DNA of 28,587 nt from an uncultured Bacteriovoracaceae bacterium (GTDB lineage: Bacteria > Bdellovibrionota > Bacteriovoracia > Bacteriovoracales > Bacteriovoracaceae): contig CAXGUD010000045.1 of the NCBI GenBank assembly GCA_964012805.1, positions 1-28,587 of the forward strand. The letters are read 5' to 3'. Of the stretch, positions 16,988-25,608 are shown one piece after another; the first letter of the stretch is position 1, and each line of letters begins with the position of its first letter. The position numbers were made by a program, and so were the translations under genes. Under the pieces are notes generated by a model. That model did not search any database. It worked only from the letters and a program-made list of their open reading frames with translations, and had not been told where the DNA came from.

Positions 16988-17977
16988 TTAGCTAAATGAA
17001 ACGACGGAACCTTTTTTGTATGAGTCTGCTGCTGCCTTGGCCATTTTTGAAACAATAACACTGTCTTTAAACTGGCAGCCCATTGAGGATGACCCTTTGC
17101 TATTTTTTATAAAATCCTCTAGCTGGTTATGGTAAGCTTTTTCGTAGCGGTCTATGAAAAAGTCAAAGAGGGGAGGTTTTGAGTAGGTGCTGTTGTTTCC
17201 AAAAAACTCTAATGTCGTTTTAGTAGGGTTTTGTGAAATAAGCATACCCTTTTCACCAAAGACTTCAATCCTCTGATCATAGCCATAAACGGCCCTTCTT
17301 GAAGCATTGATATGGCAAAGCGCACCCGACTCCATTTCCATATTGACCATAGCTGTATCGATATCTCCAAAGTCTTTAAGAGAAGAATCGACTAAGGCAT
17401 TGCCAAAAGAAGCAATCCTTTTTGGTGCCTCACCTAAAAGATGGTAGGCCATATCGAAATCGTGAATAAGCATATCATTAAAAATACCTCCAGAGCCCTT
17501 TAAGTAATCAACAGGAGGCAGACCTGGGTCGCGGCTTGTTATGATAACTTTTTCAATCTTTCCAATAGTTCCTTTTTCTATGGCGTCTTTGAGGGAAAGG
17601 TGGTGGGGGTCAAATCTTCTGTTAAAGCCGACTTGAATGGTATTTGAATAATCCCCAAGCTTTTTTTGGCAATCTAAAACATCTTCAATTTCTAGTGAAA
17701 TAGGTTTTTCACAAAAGACGGCCTTTTTTGCTTTAGTTCCTTGAATAATATAATCGATATGGGTTTTTGTGCTTGAAGCGATTAAAACAGCATCGACATT
17801 GGGATCATTAAAAATATCTTCAGGGCTTGTTACCTTAACGTTTAATGAATACCCGACTTTTTTAGCTTCTTCTTCATTGATGTCAGTCAGGGAAATGAGC
17901 TCGCTTAATGGGTTTGTTTTTATAATTTCGGCATGCATTTTACCGATTCGACCCGTGCCAATCAAAGCGAATTTCAT
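16988..17977 (-). CDS. iolG: myo-inositol 2-dehydrogenase (Gfo/Idh/MocA)
   Basis: 'GTGRIG', 'FCEKP', 'GFNRRFDP', 'ITSRDP', 'DMLIHDFD', 'YGYDQRIEV'; first gene of the iolG-C-D-E run. Confidence 0.9.
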   Translation of the reverse strand: MKFALIGTGRIGKMHAEIIKTNPLSELISLTDINEEEAKKVGYSLNVKVTSPEDIFNDPNVDAVLIASSTKTHIDYIIQGTKAKKAVFCEKPISLEIEDVLDCQKKLGDYSNTIQVGFNRRFDPHHLSLKDAIEKGTIGKIEKVIITSRDPGLPPVDYLKGSGGIFNDMLIHDFDMAYHLLGEAPKRIASFGNALVDSSLKDFGDIDTAMVNMEMESGALCHINASRRAVYGYDQRIEVFGEKGMLISQNPTKTTLEFFGNNSTYSKPPLFDFFIDRYEKAYHNQLEDFIKNSKGSSSMGCQFKDSVIVSKMAKAAADSYKKGSVVSFS

Positions 17978-18104
17978 TTCGCGTCCCCTTCCTTGGAGTT
18001 TTTTTTCCTTTAAAAATTTTAACTTTGGGGGAGACTTCTTTCAACAAAATTTCTAATTTCCCCAATTCATGGTTACAATAAACTCTTAACCAAGGAAGGT
18101 ATAA

Positions 18105-19136
18105 ATGGAAAAAGTCCGCATCCTTTTGGCAGGTCTTGGCAGGATGGGCCAGTCTCATGCTTCAAACCTGGTCCATAGCATACCAGAAGCAGAAGTCGTT
18201 GCCGTTTGCAGTATTGTTCAGGAAGAACTCGACTGGGCCAAACAGAACCTGGGGATTCAAAACCTCTATAAAGACTTTGATAAAATGGTTGATGAAAAAA
18301 AAGATGAGGCGGATGCTATTTATTTAGTGACTTCAACTGACCAACATGCTCGGGGAATTATAAAAGGCCTTGAAAGCGGTCTTCATGTTTTTTGTGAAAA
18401 ACCCCTTGGAATTAGTATAAAGGAATGCCTGGAGGTTGAAGAGGTTTCTAAAAAATATCCAGACTTGAATGTCACTTTAGGTTTTGTGAGGCGCTATGAT
18501 CCTAGTTATAGGTACGCTAAAGAACTCGTGGACGCTGGAAAAATTGGAAAGCCTTTTCTAGTGAAAAGCCAGACTACAGATGACGATACGACAGCTCCTT
18601 TCCAGTTGAAGTTTGCTAAAACCGGAGGGGGGGCTTTTTTAGATATGAATATCCACGATGTTGATTTAGCAAGATGGTTTTTAGGTTCTGAGATGGAACA
18701 GGCCACAAGCTATGGTGGATGTTATAAACATGAAGGGTTTGGTGATTTTGGGGACGTTGATAATGCCGCTGCTCTTACTCGGTTTGAAAATGGCTCCATG
18801 GCCTTTTTTCTTGCGAGCCGAACGGCCCCTCACGGTCATGATACTCATACCCAAATTTTAGGGACAGATGGTATTTTAAGAATTGGTCATAACCCGAGAA
18901 ACAACCACGTTGAAATTCTTGACCCAACAGGTGTTCGAAATGAATGTGTCAAAACATTTTATGAAAGATTTGAAGAGGCCTTCCTTTTAGAGGCCAAGGA
19001 TTTTGTTTATAGAATTAAAGAGGGGAAAGGGCCAATGGTAGGGATAAAAGACGCTATGATGGCCCAAAAAGGAGCGATTGCTCTTACAAAAAGCCTTAAA
19101 GAAAACAAAACGATTTATGTGAAGGATGTTGAATAA
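18105..19136 (+). CDS. Gfo/Idh/MocA oxidoreductase, probable inositol-isomer dehydrogenase
   Basis: 'GLGRMG', 'FCEKP', 'GFVRRYDPSY', 'DMNIHDVD', 'FYERFEEAF'. Confidence 0.85.
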   Translation: MEKVRILLAGLGRMGQSHASNLVHSIPEAEVVAVCSIVQEELDWAKQNLGIQNLYKDFDKMVDEKKDEADAIYLVTSTDQHARGIIKGLESGLHVFCEKPLGISIKECLEVEEVSKKYPDLNVTLGFVRRYDPSYRYAKELVDAGKIGKPFLVKSQTTDDDTTAPFQLKFAKTGGGAFLDMNIHDVDLARWFLGSEMEQATSYGGCYKHEGFGDFGDVDNAAALTRFENGSMAFFLASRTAPHGHDTHTQILGTDGILRIGHNPRNNHVEILDPTGVRNECVKTFYERFEEAFLLEAKDFVYRIKEGKGPMVGIKDAMMAQKGAIALTKSLKENKTIYVKDVE

Positions 19137-20272
19137 TGGACGGTGAAGAAAGAGAAAAGTTAAGGCTCGGGTTTGTTGGTGGTGGACCAGGTTCACTTAT
19201 AGGTCCAATTCACGTTATGGCCTCAACAATGGATCAGCATTTTGAAATTGTTGCCGGAACTTTTTCAAGGGATTACGAAAAAACAAAAGAACATGCTGAG
19301 TCTTTAGAAATAGATTTAGACCGCGCTTATAGAGACTATAAAGAAATGGCGGAAAGAGAAGCCCAAAGGGATGACGGAATTGATATGGTGGCGATCCTTT
19401 CTCCTAACGATAACCACGTTGTTGCGTCTAAAGCTTTTTTGGAAGAAGGAATTCACGTCCTTTGTGAAAAGCCTTTGGCAACGAATGCCCAGGAAGCTTT
19501 CTACTTAAGTCAGTTTGCTAAAGATAAAGAGTTAATGCTTGCTACTTGTTATAACTACTCTGGCTTTCCTATGATCAGGCAAGCCAGGGCCATGGTTGAA
19601 AAAGGGAATCTAGGAAAAATACGAATGGTGAATATTGAAATGCCTCAGTCTTATTTGGCTTCTAATTCACCACAAAGTACAGGCGATTCCTGGCGTCAAG
19701 ACCCTGAAAGGGTTGGGCCTTCACTCATTCTCATGGATTTAGCAACGCACCTCCATCACCTTATGCTCTACGTTTCAGGTTTGGAAGTGGATGAAGTTCT
19801 TGGAGAAACGTCAACACTCGTTGACGGAGGACTAGTTGATGATAATGTTTCCGTTCTTATAAGGTTTAAAGAAGGTGCACGTGGCTTACTATGGACCTCT
19901 GCTTCGGCAACAGGAAATGAGCACGGAATGAGGATTCGAGTTTTTGGTGATAAGGCAAGCCTTGATTGGTTTGAAGAAGAGCCTAATCATCTAATTTTTA
20001 AGCCCTTAGGGAAACCTCATATGACTTACGCTAAAGGTGGACCCTCCCTTTATGAAGAAGGAAAGAGAGGAACACGGATGACTTGGGGTCATCCAGAGGG
20101 TTATATTGAAGCCTTCGCTAATATTTATTCCGATATTGCTTTATTTCTTGAGGAAGAGAAAAAAGTCAGTGGTTTTCCAGATGGAGAGGTGGGGGCCGAA
20201 AGCATTTTATTTTCAGAAAAAGTATTAGAGTCATCCTCAAAAGGTACTTGGATAAAGGTTGAGAACCCTTAA
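19136..20272 (+). CDS. Gfo/Idh/MocA oxidoreductase of a different subfamily
   Basis: 'LRLGFVGGGPGSLIG', 'LCEKP', 'DLATH', 'GHPEGYIEAFANIY'; TAATG overlap with the upstream gene. Confidence 0.87.
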   Translation: MDGEEREKLRLGFVGGGPGSLIGPIHVMASTMDQHFEIVAGTFSRDYEKTKEHAESLEIDLDRAYRDYKEMAEREAQRDDGIDMVAILSPNDNHVVASKAFLEEGIHVLCEKPLATNAQEAFYLSQFAKDKELMLATCYNYSGFPMIRQARAMVEKGNLGKIRMVNIEMPQSYLASNSPQSTGDSWRQDPERVGPSLILMDLATHLHHLMLYVSGLEVDEVLGETSTLVDGGLVDDNVSVLIRFKEGARGLLWTSASATGNEHGMRIRVFGDKASLDWFEEEPNHLIFKPLGKPHMTYAKGGPSLYEEGKRGTRMTWGHPEGYIEAFANIYSDIALFLEEEKKVSGFPDGEVGAESILFSEKVLESSSKGTWIKVENP

Positions 20273-20622
20273 GACCACACCCAATCAATGGGGTGTAAAA
20301 AGTGCTGAAATTCTAAAACTCTTCCTTCTGGGTCTTCAGCAAAGAATTGATAGATATTGTATCTTTCATTTTCTTTTGGAGGATTGTAAGAAGGAAATTT
20401 TTTTTGGTATATGTCATCAACTTCTTTTTTGGTTTTATAAAAGAAGGTAATCATTGTTTCCCTCTCAATAACTTCATTTTGACAAAAGCCAAGAAGAAGA
20501 TTGTTTCCCTTTAAAATATGACAAGTTTCTTGGTCTACCCACATTTTAAAATTCAATTGTTCCTGGTAAAAGGATGAAATTAAGGGAAGGTTTTTCGTTT
20601 TATAAAAAATGATTTGACCCAT
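20269..20622 (-). CDS. VOC/glyoxalase-like protein
   Basis: 'SSFYQEQLNF' and C-terminal 'FFAEDPEGRVLEF' motif. Confidence 0.8.
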   Translation of the reverse strand: MGQIIFYKTKNLPLISSFYQEQLNFKMWVDQETCHILKGNNLLLGFCQNEVIERETMITFFYKTKKEVDDIYQKKFPSYNPPKENERYNIYQFFAEDPEGRVLEFQHFLHPIDWVWS

Positions 20623-20787
20623 TCTATGTACCCTCAGATCTTTTTAAAAAAGAATCCTTTCATAATAAAAATAAGCTGTCACTTTTTTGAAAAAAAGTTT
20701 GCCTATTGAAACAACAGTTTGATATATAAAACCAGTAATGTTTTTAAGAAAATTTAGATTAATGTCTTTAAAGAATGGAAAAGAGGG

Positions 20788-21978
20788 ATGATTAAATCTT
20801 CTCGGAAAAATTTAGGGCATAATTTTAAAAACGTCGTTATGAATAATGAAACCAGCAGGCTTCTTTTTTTCATAATTATGTTTGTTTTTTATATTTTGTT
20901 TCCCTCGATGCAAACGACTATTATTTCATCCATGAGTGACTCTTTTATTACTGTCGCTGTTTTTGTTGCTGCTACTCTAACGAGCTTTTACTTAAGTGAA
21001 AAAATATTTAATTACGACAGTGAAGATATTTTAAAAAAACATGGTTCCTTGCAGATCATTTTCTCAGCATTTTTGGGTGCTTTACCAGGTTGTGGTGGCG
21101 CAATTATAGTTGTTTCTCAGTATGCTAAGGGAGTCGTCGGTTTAGGTTCTCTTGTCGCTGTTTTAACAGCCACAATGGGGGATGCCTCTTTTTTAGTGCT
21201 TGCAAAAAAACCTAATGTTGGTTTTTTTCTTTTAGCGATAGGCTTTTTATCTGGTGTAATATTTGGCTATTTTGTTAAGCTTTTGCACCCTCACGAGATT
21301 CAAGAAAAAAAAATGACGTCTCCATATAATTCTAATCCAAAATTAAAACATATAAAACGACATCATATTTATTTGTGGTTTTTTATAACTTTATTGGGAC
21401 TTATTTTGGGAATTGCTGATGCTTTTCAAGTTGAAATTTCGAACTCCACGATTTTTGGAAACAAATTTGATTTCAAGATTATAATTGGCTCTTTTGGAAC
21501 TTTATTATCTCTTTATATATGGAGCAAAAAACCAAATAGAGTAAATTTAAAACAAAAAAAAGAAACTTATGAAAAAAAGGGAAAGGAAAAAAGCATTGAA
21601 GATATTTTTTGCAAAGTTATAGATGAGACCAATTCTGTATTGCTTTGGGTTTTAGCTGCCTTTTTCTCTTTTAACTTTTTAATTCAATTTTTTGAAATCG
21701 ATATAAGTAAATTTTTTGAAGGTGCAAAAGTTTGGGTTCCCCTCATGAGCGTTCTCGTTGGCTTTTTGCCAGGCTGTGGCCCACAAATTATTATAGCGTC
21801 CTTATTTCTGGCAGGAGCTTTACCTTTATCAGCTCAAGTTTCAAATAGCATTAGCAATGATGGAGATGCCTTATTCCCAGCTATCGCTTTAGCACCAAAA
21901 AGCGCATTTTATGCGACACTTTATACAGCTATTCCAGCTTTGATAATCGGTTATACAATGTTTTGGCTTGGATTTTAA
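20788..21978 (+). CDS. Putative manganese transporter (DUF2899/MntX-like membrane protein)
   Basis: Two PGCG motifs ('LGALPGCGGAI', 'GFLPGCGPQI'), 'TATMGDASF', 'SISNDGDALFPAIA'; about 10 hydrophobic segments. The start codon is uncertain. Confidence 0.8.
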   Translation: MIKSSRKNLGHNFKNVVMNNETSRLLFFIIMFVFYILFPSMQTTIISSMSDSFITVAVFVAATLTSFYLSEKIFNYDSEDILKKHGSLQIIFSAFLGALPGCGGAIIVVSQYAKGVVGLGSLVAVLTATMGDASFLVLAKKPNVGFFLLAIGFLSGVIFGYFVKLLHPHEIQEKKMTSPYNSNPKLKHIKRHHIYLWFFITLLGLILGIADAFQVEISNSTIFGNKFDFKIIIGSFGTLLSLYIWSKKPNRVNLKQKKETYEKKGKEKSIEDIFCKVIDETNSVLLWVLAAFFSFNFLIQFFEIDISKFFEGAKVWVPLMSVLVGFLPGCGPQIIIASLFLAGALPLSAQVSNSISNDGDALFPAIALAPKSAFYATLYTAIPALIIGYTMFWLGF

Positions 21979-22030
21979 AGGAAATTTAAATTCAAGTTTT
22001 TAAAATGTCTTTCATTGAATTTTAGTTTTT

Positions 22031-23587
22031 TTATAGTTTATTTGTAATTTTTTGATCAGTGAACGCGGTTAGAGCAGCTTTCGCACCCTCTCCCATCGAA
22101 ATAATTATTTGTTTATAGGGGACATTTGTAACATCCCCAGCGGCATAAATGCCCTCAATATTTGTCCGGCATTTATCGTCAATAACAATCTCTCCAAAAT
22201 TATTTGTTTCAACAATGCTTCTAATAAATTGGCTATTAGGACTTAAACCGATCTGAACAAAAATACCATCGAGTTCTACTTGATTTATACTTTCTGTTTC
22301 ACGGTCCTTATACTGAATGGCAATGACCTTATTATTATCGCCAAGGACTTCAGTTACTTGAGCATTTTTTAATATAGTTAAGTTATTTAGAGATAAAAGC
22401 TTTTCAATAAGAACTTCATCAGCTTTAAGATCAGGCATGAATTCAATTAAGGTAATATGGTCGACAATCTCTGCTAGATCTAATGCAGCTTCAACACCCG
22501 AGTTTCCTCCCCCTACAATAGCTATTTTCTTATTTTTATAATAAGGACCATCGCAATGAGGGCAATAGGCCACACCCTGACCTTTATATTCTTTTTCTCC
22601 AGGAACATTGAGTTCTCGCCATTTTGCACCTGTTGCGACAATTATTGATTTACTATGTACATACTCGCCGCTGTCCAGTATCAGCTTTTTACTTTTGCTA
22701 TTTTCTATGTCAACTATCCTGCGGTTTTCTAAGACCTTGATCTCATACTTATTTATGTGATTAATCAACTGCCCTGTAAGTTGAGGGCCCTCTGTATAGG
22801 GAATAGACGTAAAGTTTTCTATTCCCTTTGTATCTTTTAATTGTCCCCCAAGGTTTTCAGAAATTATTAATGTCTTAAGACCCTTGCGAGCACTGTATAT
22901 CGAAGCAGAAGCCCCGGCAGGACCTCCACCAATAATGGTCACATCGTAGTGACCAAGGCTTGTATTTTTTTTCTTTAAAGCTTCATTCTTTCCAAATTTG
23001 TCTTCTAATCTCTCTATAAGTTTTATCAGAGTTGTTTTTCCTGAGCTTAGAAGTTTGCCTTCACTTATAACACTCGGAACCCCTTGAATACCCAATTCCT
23101 CAATTTCTTTCGGGAGAAAACTTCCATCAATCATCTCATGACTAATAGCTGGATTAAAAATGGTTATTATGTTGAGTGCTTGGACAACTTCAGGGCAGTT
23201 TTCACATGATAATGAGATATAAGTTTTAACGTGAAGCGGACCTTTTATATTTTGTATCCTCTCAAGAATCATTTCGTCTGGAAGTTTACCCTTCTTATCA
23301 GAATTAAGTATGGCCAATATTAATGATGTAAACTCATGACCACTGGGAATACCAGAAAACTGAATACCGTTTTCCTTGCCTTCGTAAATTATTTCTACGA
23401 AAGGGATCTCTTTTTTGAGTTTGCCTTTCTTTACAAGAATTTTGGGAGATGTTTCGCTCACATCGTTTAAAAGTTCAATCAACTCTTCATTTTTAGGGTG
23501 ATCTGTGTGTGCATATCTTAATTCTATTTGTTTTTCTAGTTTACTAAAAACAGACTTTAATTGATCAACAATCGCTTTTTCTAACAT
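22031..23587 (-). CDS. ahpF: Alkyl hydroperoxide reductase subunit F
   Basis: 'GHEFTSLILA', N-terminal-domain CxxC 'CENC', 'GGGPAG', 'YCPHCDG', 'GGGNSGVEAA', 'PYKQII'. Confidence 0.97.
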   Translation of the reverse strand: MLEKAIVDQLKSVFSKLEKQIELRYAHTDHPKNEELIELLNDVSETSPKILVKKGKLKKEIPFVEIIYEGKENGIQFSGIPSGHEFTSLILAILNSDKKGKLPDEMILERIQNIKGPLHVKTYISLSCENCPEVVQALNIITIFNPAISHEMIDGSFLPKEIEELGIQGVPSVISEGKLLSSGKTTLIKLIERLEDKFGKNEALKKKNTSLGHYDVTIIGGGPAGASASIYSARKGLKTLIISENLGGQLKDTKGIENFTSIPYTEGPQLTGQLINHINKYEIKVLENRRIVDIENSKSKKLILDSGEYVHSKSIIVATGAKWRELNVPGEKEYKGQGVAYCPHCDGPYYKNKKIAIVGGGNSGVEAALDLAEIVDHITLIEFMPDLKADEVLIEKLLSLNNLTILKNAQVTEVLGDNNKVIAIQYKDRETESINQVELDGIFVQIGLSPNSQFIRSIVETNNFGEIVIDDKCRTNIEGIYAAGDVTNVPYKQIIISMGEGAKAALTAFTDQKITNKL

Positions 23588-23601
23588 TTTTTACCCCAAA
23601 G

Positions 23602-23625
23602 AAAGGGGAAGATAACTTCCCCTTT
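23602..23625 (-). terminator. Perfect hairpin between ahpC and ahpF (partial terminator or mRNA stabiliser)
   Basis: AAAGGGGAAG-ATAA-CTTCCCCTTT. Confidence 0.6.
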
Positions 23626-23640
23626 TTTAAAAAAAATAGC

Positions 23641-24207
23641 TTAAATTTTTCCTACCAAATCGAGGCCTGGCTTTAATGTTTTTTCGCCTTCTTCCCATTT
23701 TGCAGGACAAACTTCATCTGGGTGGTTATAAACATATTGAGCGGCTTTAACTTTTCTTAGAAGTTCATCAGCATTTCTTCCAATACTATTATCATTAACT
23801 TCAGCCAGTTTAATTTGCCCTTTTGGGTTAACTAAAAAAGTCCCTCTATAAGAGAGGCCTGCTTCTTCAATATGAACACCAAATGCTCTCGTAAGAAAGC
23901 CTGTCGGATCGGCCAACATAGGGAACTTTATTTTTTTTATTGTTTCTGAATTGTCGTGCCAAGCTTTATGAGTAAAGTGAGTGTCAGTACTTATGGAGTA
24001 TATTTCAGCTCCTATTTTTTTAAACTCTTCATGTTTGTCGGCCATATCTCCCAATTCAGTAGGGCAGACAAAAGTAAAATCTGCAGGGTAAAAGAATAGA
24101 ATGGACCATTTTTCTTTCAAATCTTCCTGAGTAAAAGGTTTAAATTCATTTTGATACAGACCTGTAAGGTTGAAGTCGACAATTTTTTTATTAATAAGCG
24201 ATGTCAT
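23641..24207 (-). CDS. ahpC: Alkyl hydroperoxide reductase subunit C (2-Cys peroxiredoxin)
   Basis: 'FYPADFTFVCPTE', 'VCPAKW', 'LDLVGKI'. Confidence 0.97.
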   Translation of the reverse strand: MTSLINKKIVDFNLTGLYQNEFKPFTQEDLKEKWSILFFYPADFTFVCPTELGDMADKHEEFKKIGAEIYSISTDTHFTHKAWHDNSETIKKIKFPMLADPTGFLTRAFGVHIEEAGLSYRGTFLVNPKGQIKLAEVNDNSIGRNADELLRKVKAAQYVYNHPDEVCPAKWEEGEKTLKPGLDLVGKI

Positions 24208-24257
24208 AGAATCTCCTTTAATTAGTATTACAACGCTGAAATCGTATCAGATTTGAA

Positions 24258-24305
24258 ATAGTTATTAAAATAATAAAAAACTATATTTCGATAGTTAAAA
24301 ACTAT
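24258..24305. promoter_or_regulatory. OxyR-like operator upstream of ahpC
   Basis: ATAA-N7-CTAT(24270-24284)-N6-ATAG-N7-CTAT(24291-24305), plus another ATAG at 24258. Close to the OxyR ATAG-N7-CTAT tandem consensus. Confidence 0.65.
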
Positions 24306-24500
24306 ACTTTTGTTTTTCAGGGTATTGTGGATTTTAGTGTCAAGGTCCAAGCCATTGGTAAAAGTTAGAGAAGTTAATTCCTGTAGGTTTTAAAAATTCA
24401 GATAATTTTAATTCTTTTTAATTTGTAAATGCTTCAAAATATTCTATTATATTAACCAAATCGAATTTTAATTTACTTAGTTTTAAAGGAATAATTTAGT

Positions 24501-25142
24501 ATGAGTATTGAATTATATGACTTTTCAAACACCTCCTTTGAAGTTAAGGCGTCGCTCTATAGAAATGACTCTGACTCAGATTGTAAAGGTGTTTGTCTAG
24601 TTTTTCCGGGAGCAGAATACTCTCACATGGGCCCCTGCCTTTATTATCCTAGCAAATTATTGCTTGATCAGGGTTATGATATTTTAAACTTTGAATATAA
24701 CTTTAGGCAAAACGGATCAAGAAAAGAGCGCTTCCCAAAAGATGAAGAAGAAGCCTATAAAGAATTCTTTGATTTTCTAATGACTAAAATAAATGACCTG
24801 AAGCTTCCTGCAACAAAAATTGTCTTGGCAAAAAGTCTTGGTACAAGAATAATAGCCGCCGGCAATACTGATATTTTTCAAAAGGTTTTTTGGTTTACAC
24901 CGGCTTTAAAGGATAGTTTTGTAAGAGAAAAAATATCCAAACAGGGTGAAAAGTCCTCCATTTTCATTGGAGATGAGGATTTCTTTTTTGATGAGAAAGT
25001 TATTAAAGGCTTTGAACGAAGTTTGGTTAAAGTTCATGTCGTCAAAAATGGAGATAATGGACTCGAAATAAGTAACAACCTTATCCAAACAATTGATGAA
25101 ATGAAAAATGTGATGAATGCATTCCAAAAATTTTTGGCATAA
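24501..25142 (+). CDS. Alpha/beta hydrolase-fold protein
   Basis: 'LVFPGAEY', nucleophile elbow 'AKSLGT', 'WFTPAL', 'FIGDEDFF'. Confidence 0.8.
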   Translation: MSIELYDFSNTSFEVKASLYRNDSDSDCKGVCLVFPGAEYSHMGPCLYYPSKLLLDQGYDILNFEYNFRQNGSRKERFPKDEEEAYKEFFDFLMTKINDLKLPATKIVLAKSLGTRIIAAGNTDIFQKVFWFTPALKDSFVREKISKQGEKSSIFIGDEDFFFDEKVIKGFERSLVKVHVVKNGDNGLEISNNLIQTIDEMKNVMNAFQKFLA

Positions 25143-25608
25143 ATATTAAGCCTTAATAAATTATATAAAACAAAGTTTTATTTATACCAAATTTCTATAC
25201 AAAAATATTTTTAATTTGTATTTCAATCAATAAATAATAAGTAAAATTTAGTTAAAAGTGTGATTCATACTTAACAATGTTTTCAAATTAGAGCCTTTCC
25301 ATCTAAAGATTCAATTAATTGAGTTTGATTACCTATATTATCAATAATTTTTTTTTAATCTTCGACTTTTAAAACCTAGTTTTATAATTATTAAGTCGTA
25401 ATTTCAAAAAAAGTATCATCAATAAATCCATCTGTAAGTTAGACTTTAGAAAGAGCAATATTAATTGCTCTATGACTTCAATAAAGCAACCGTTAAGGAA
25501 ATTGCTTCTTAAAAGTTACAATAAAAGAAGGATTTTCGATTAATTACCTTTTTCTTTATGTTTAATGTCTAAATTAAGGTGATAAAAATAATTTAAGTTG
25601 GAGAAAGT

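Noticed and set aside
2603..20450. Numerous 60-156 aa alternative-frame or antisense ORFs inside iol genes (e.g. 2603..2935, 4353..4823, 12779..13123, 15583..15882, 17769..18056)
   Set aside because: They overlap well-supported genes and show no motifs; treated as shadow ORFs.
20623..20787. Mn-sensing riboswitch (yybP-ykoY) or Fur/Mur box upstream of the transporter
   Set aside because: No recognisable riboswitch structure; only a weak, imperfect AT-rich palindrome.
25325..25344. TTGAT...ATCAA as an FNR box
   Set aside because: The spacer is 10 nt rather than the required 4.
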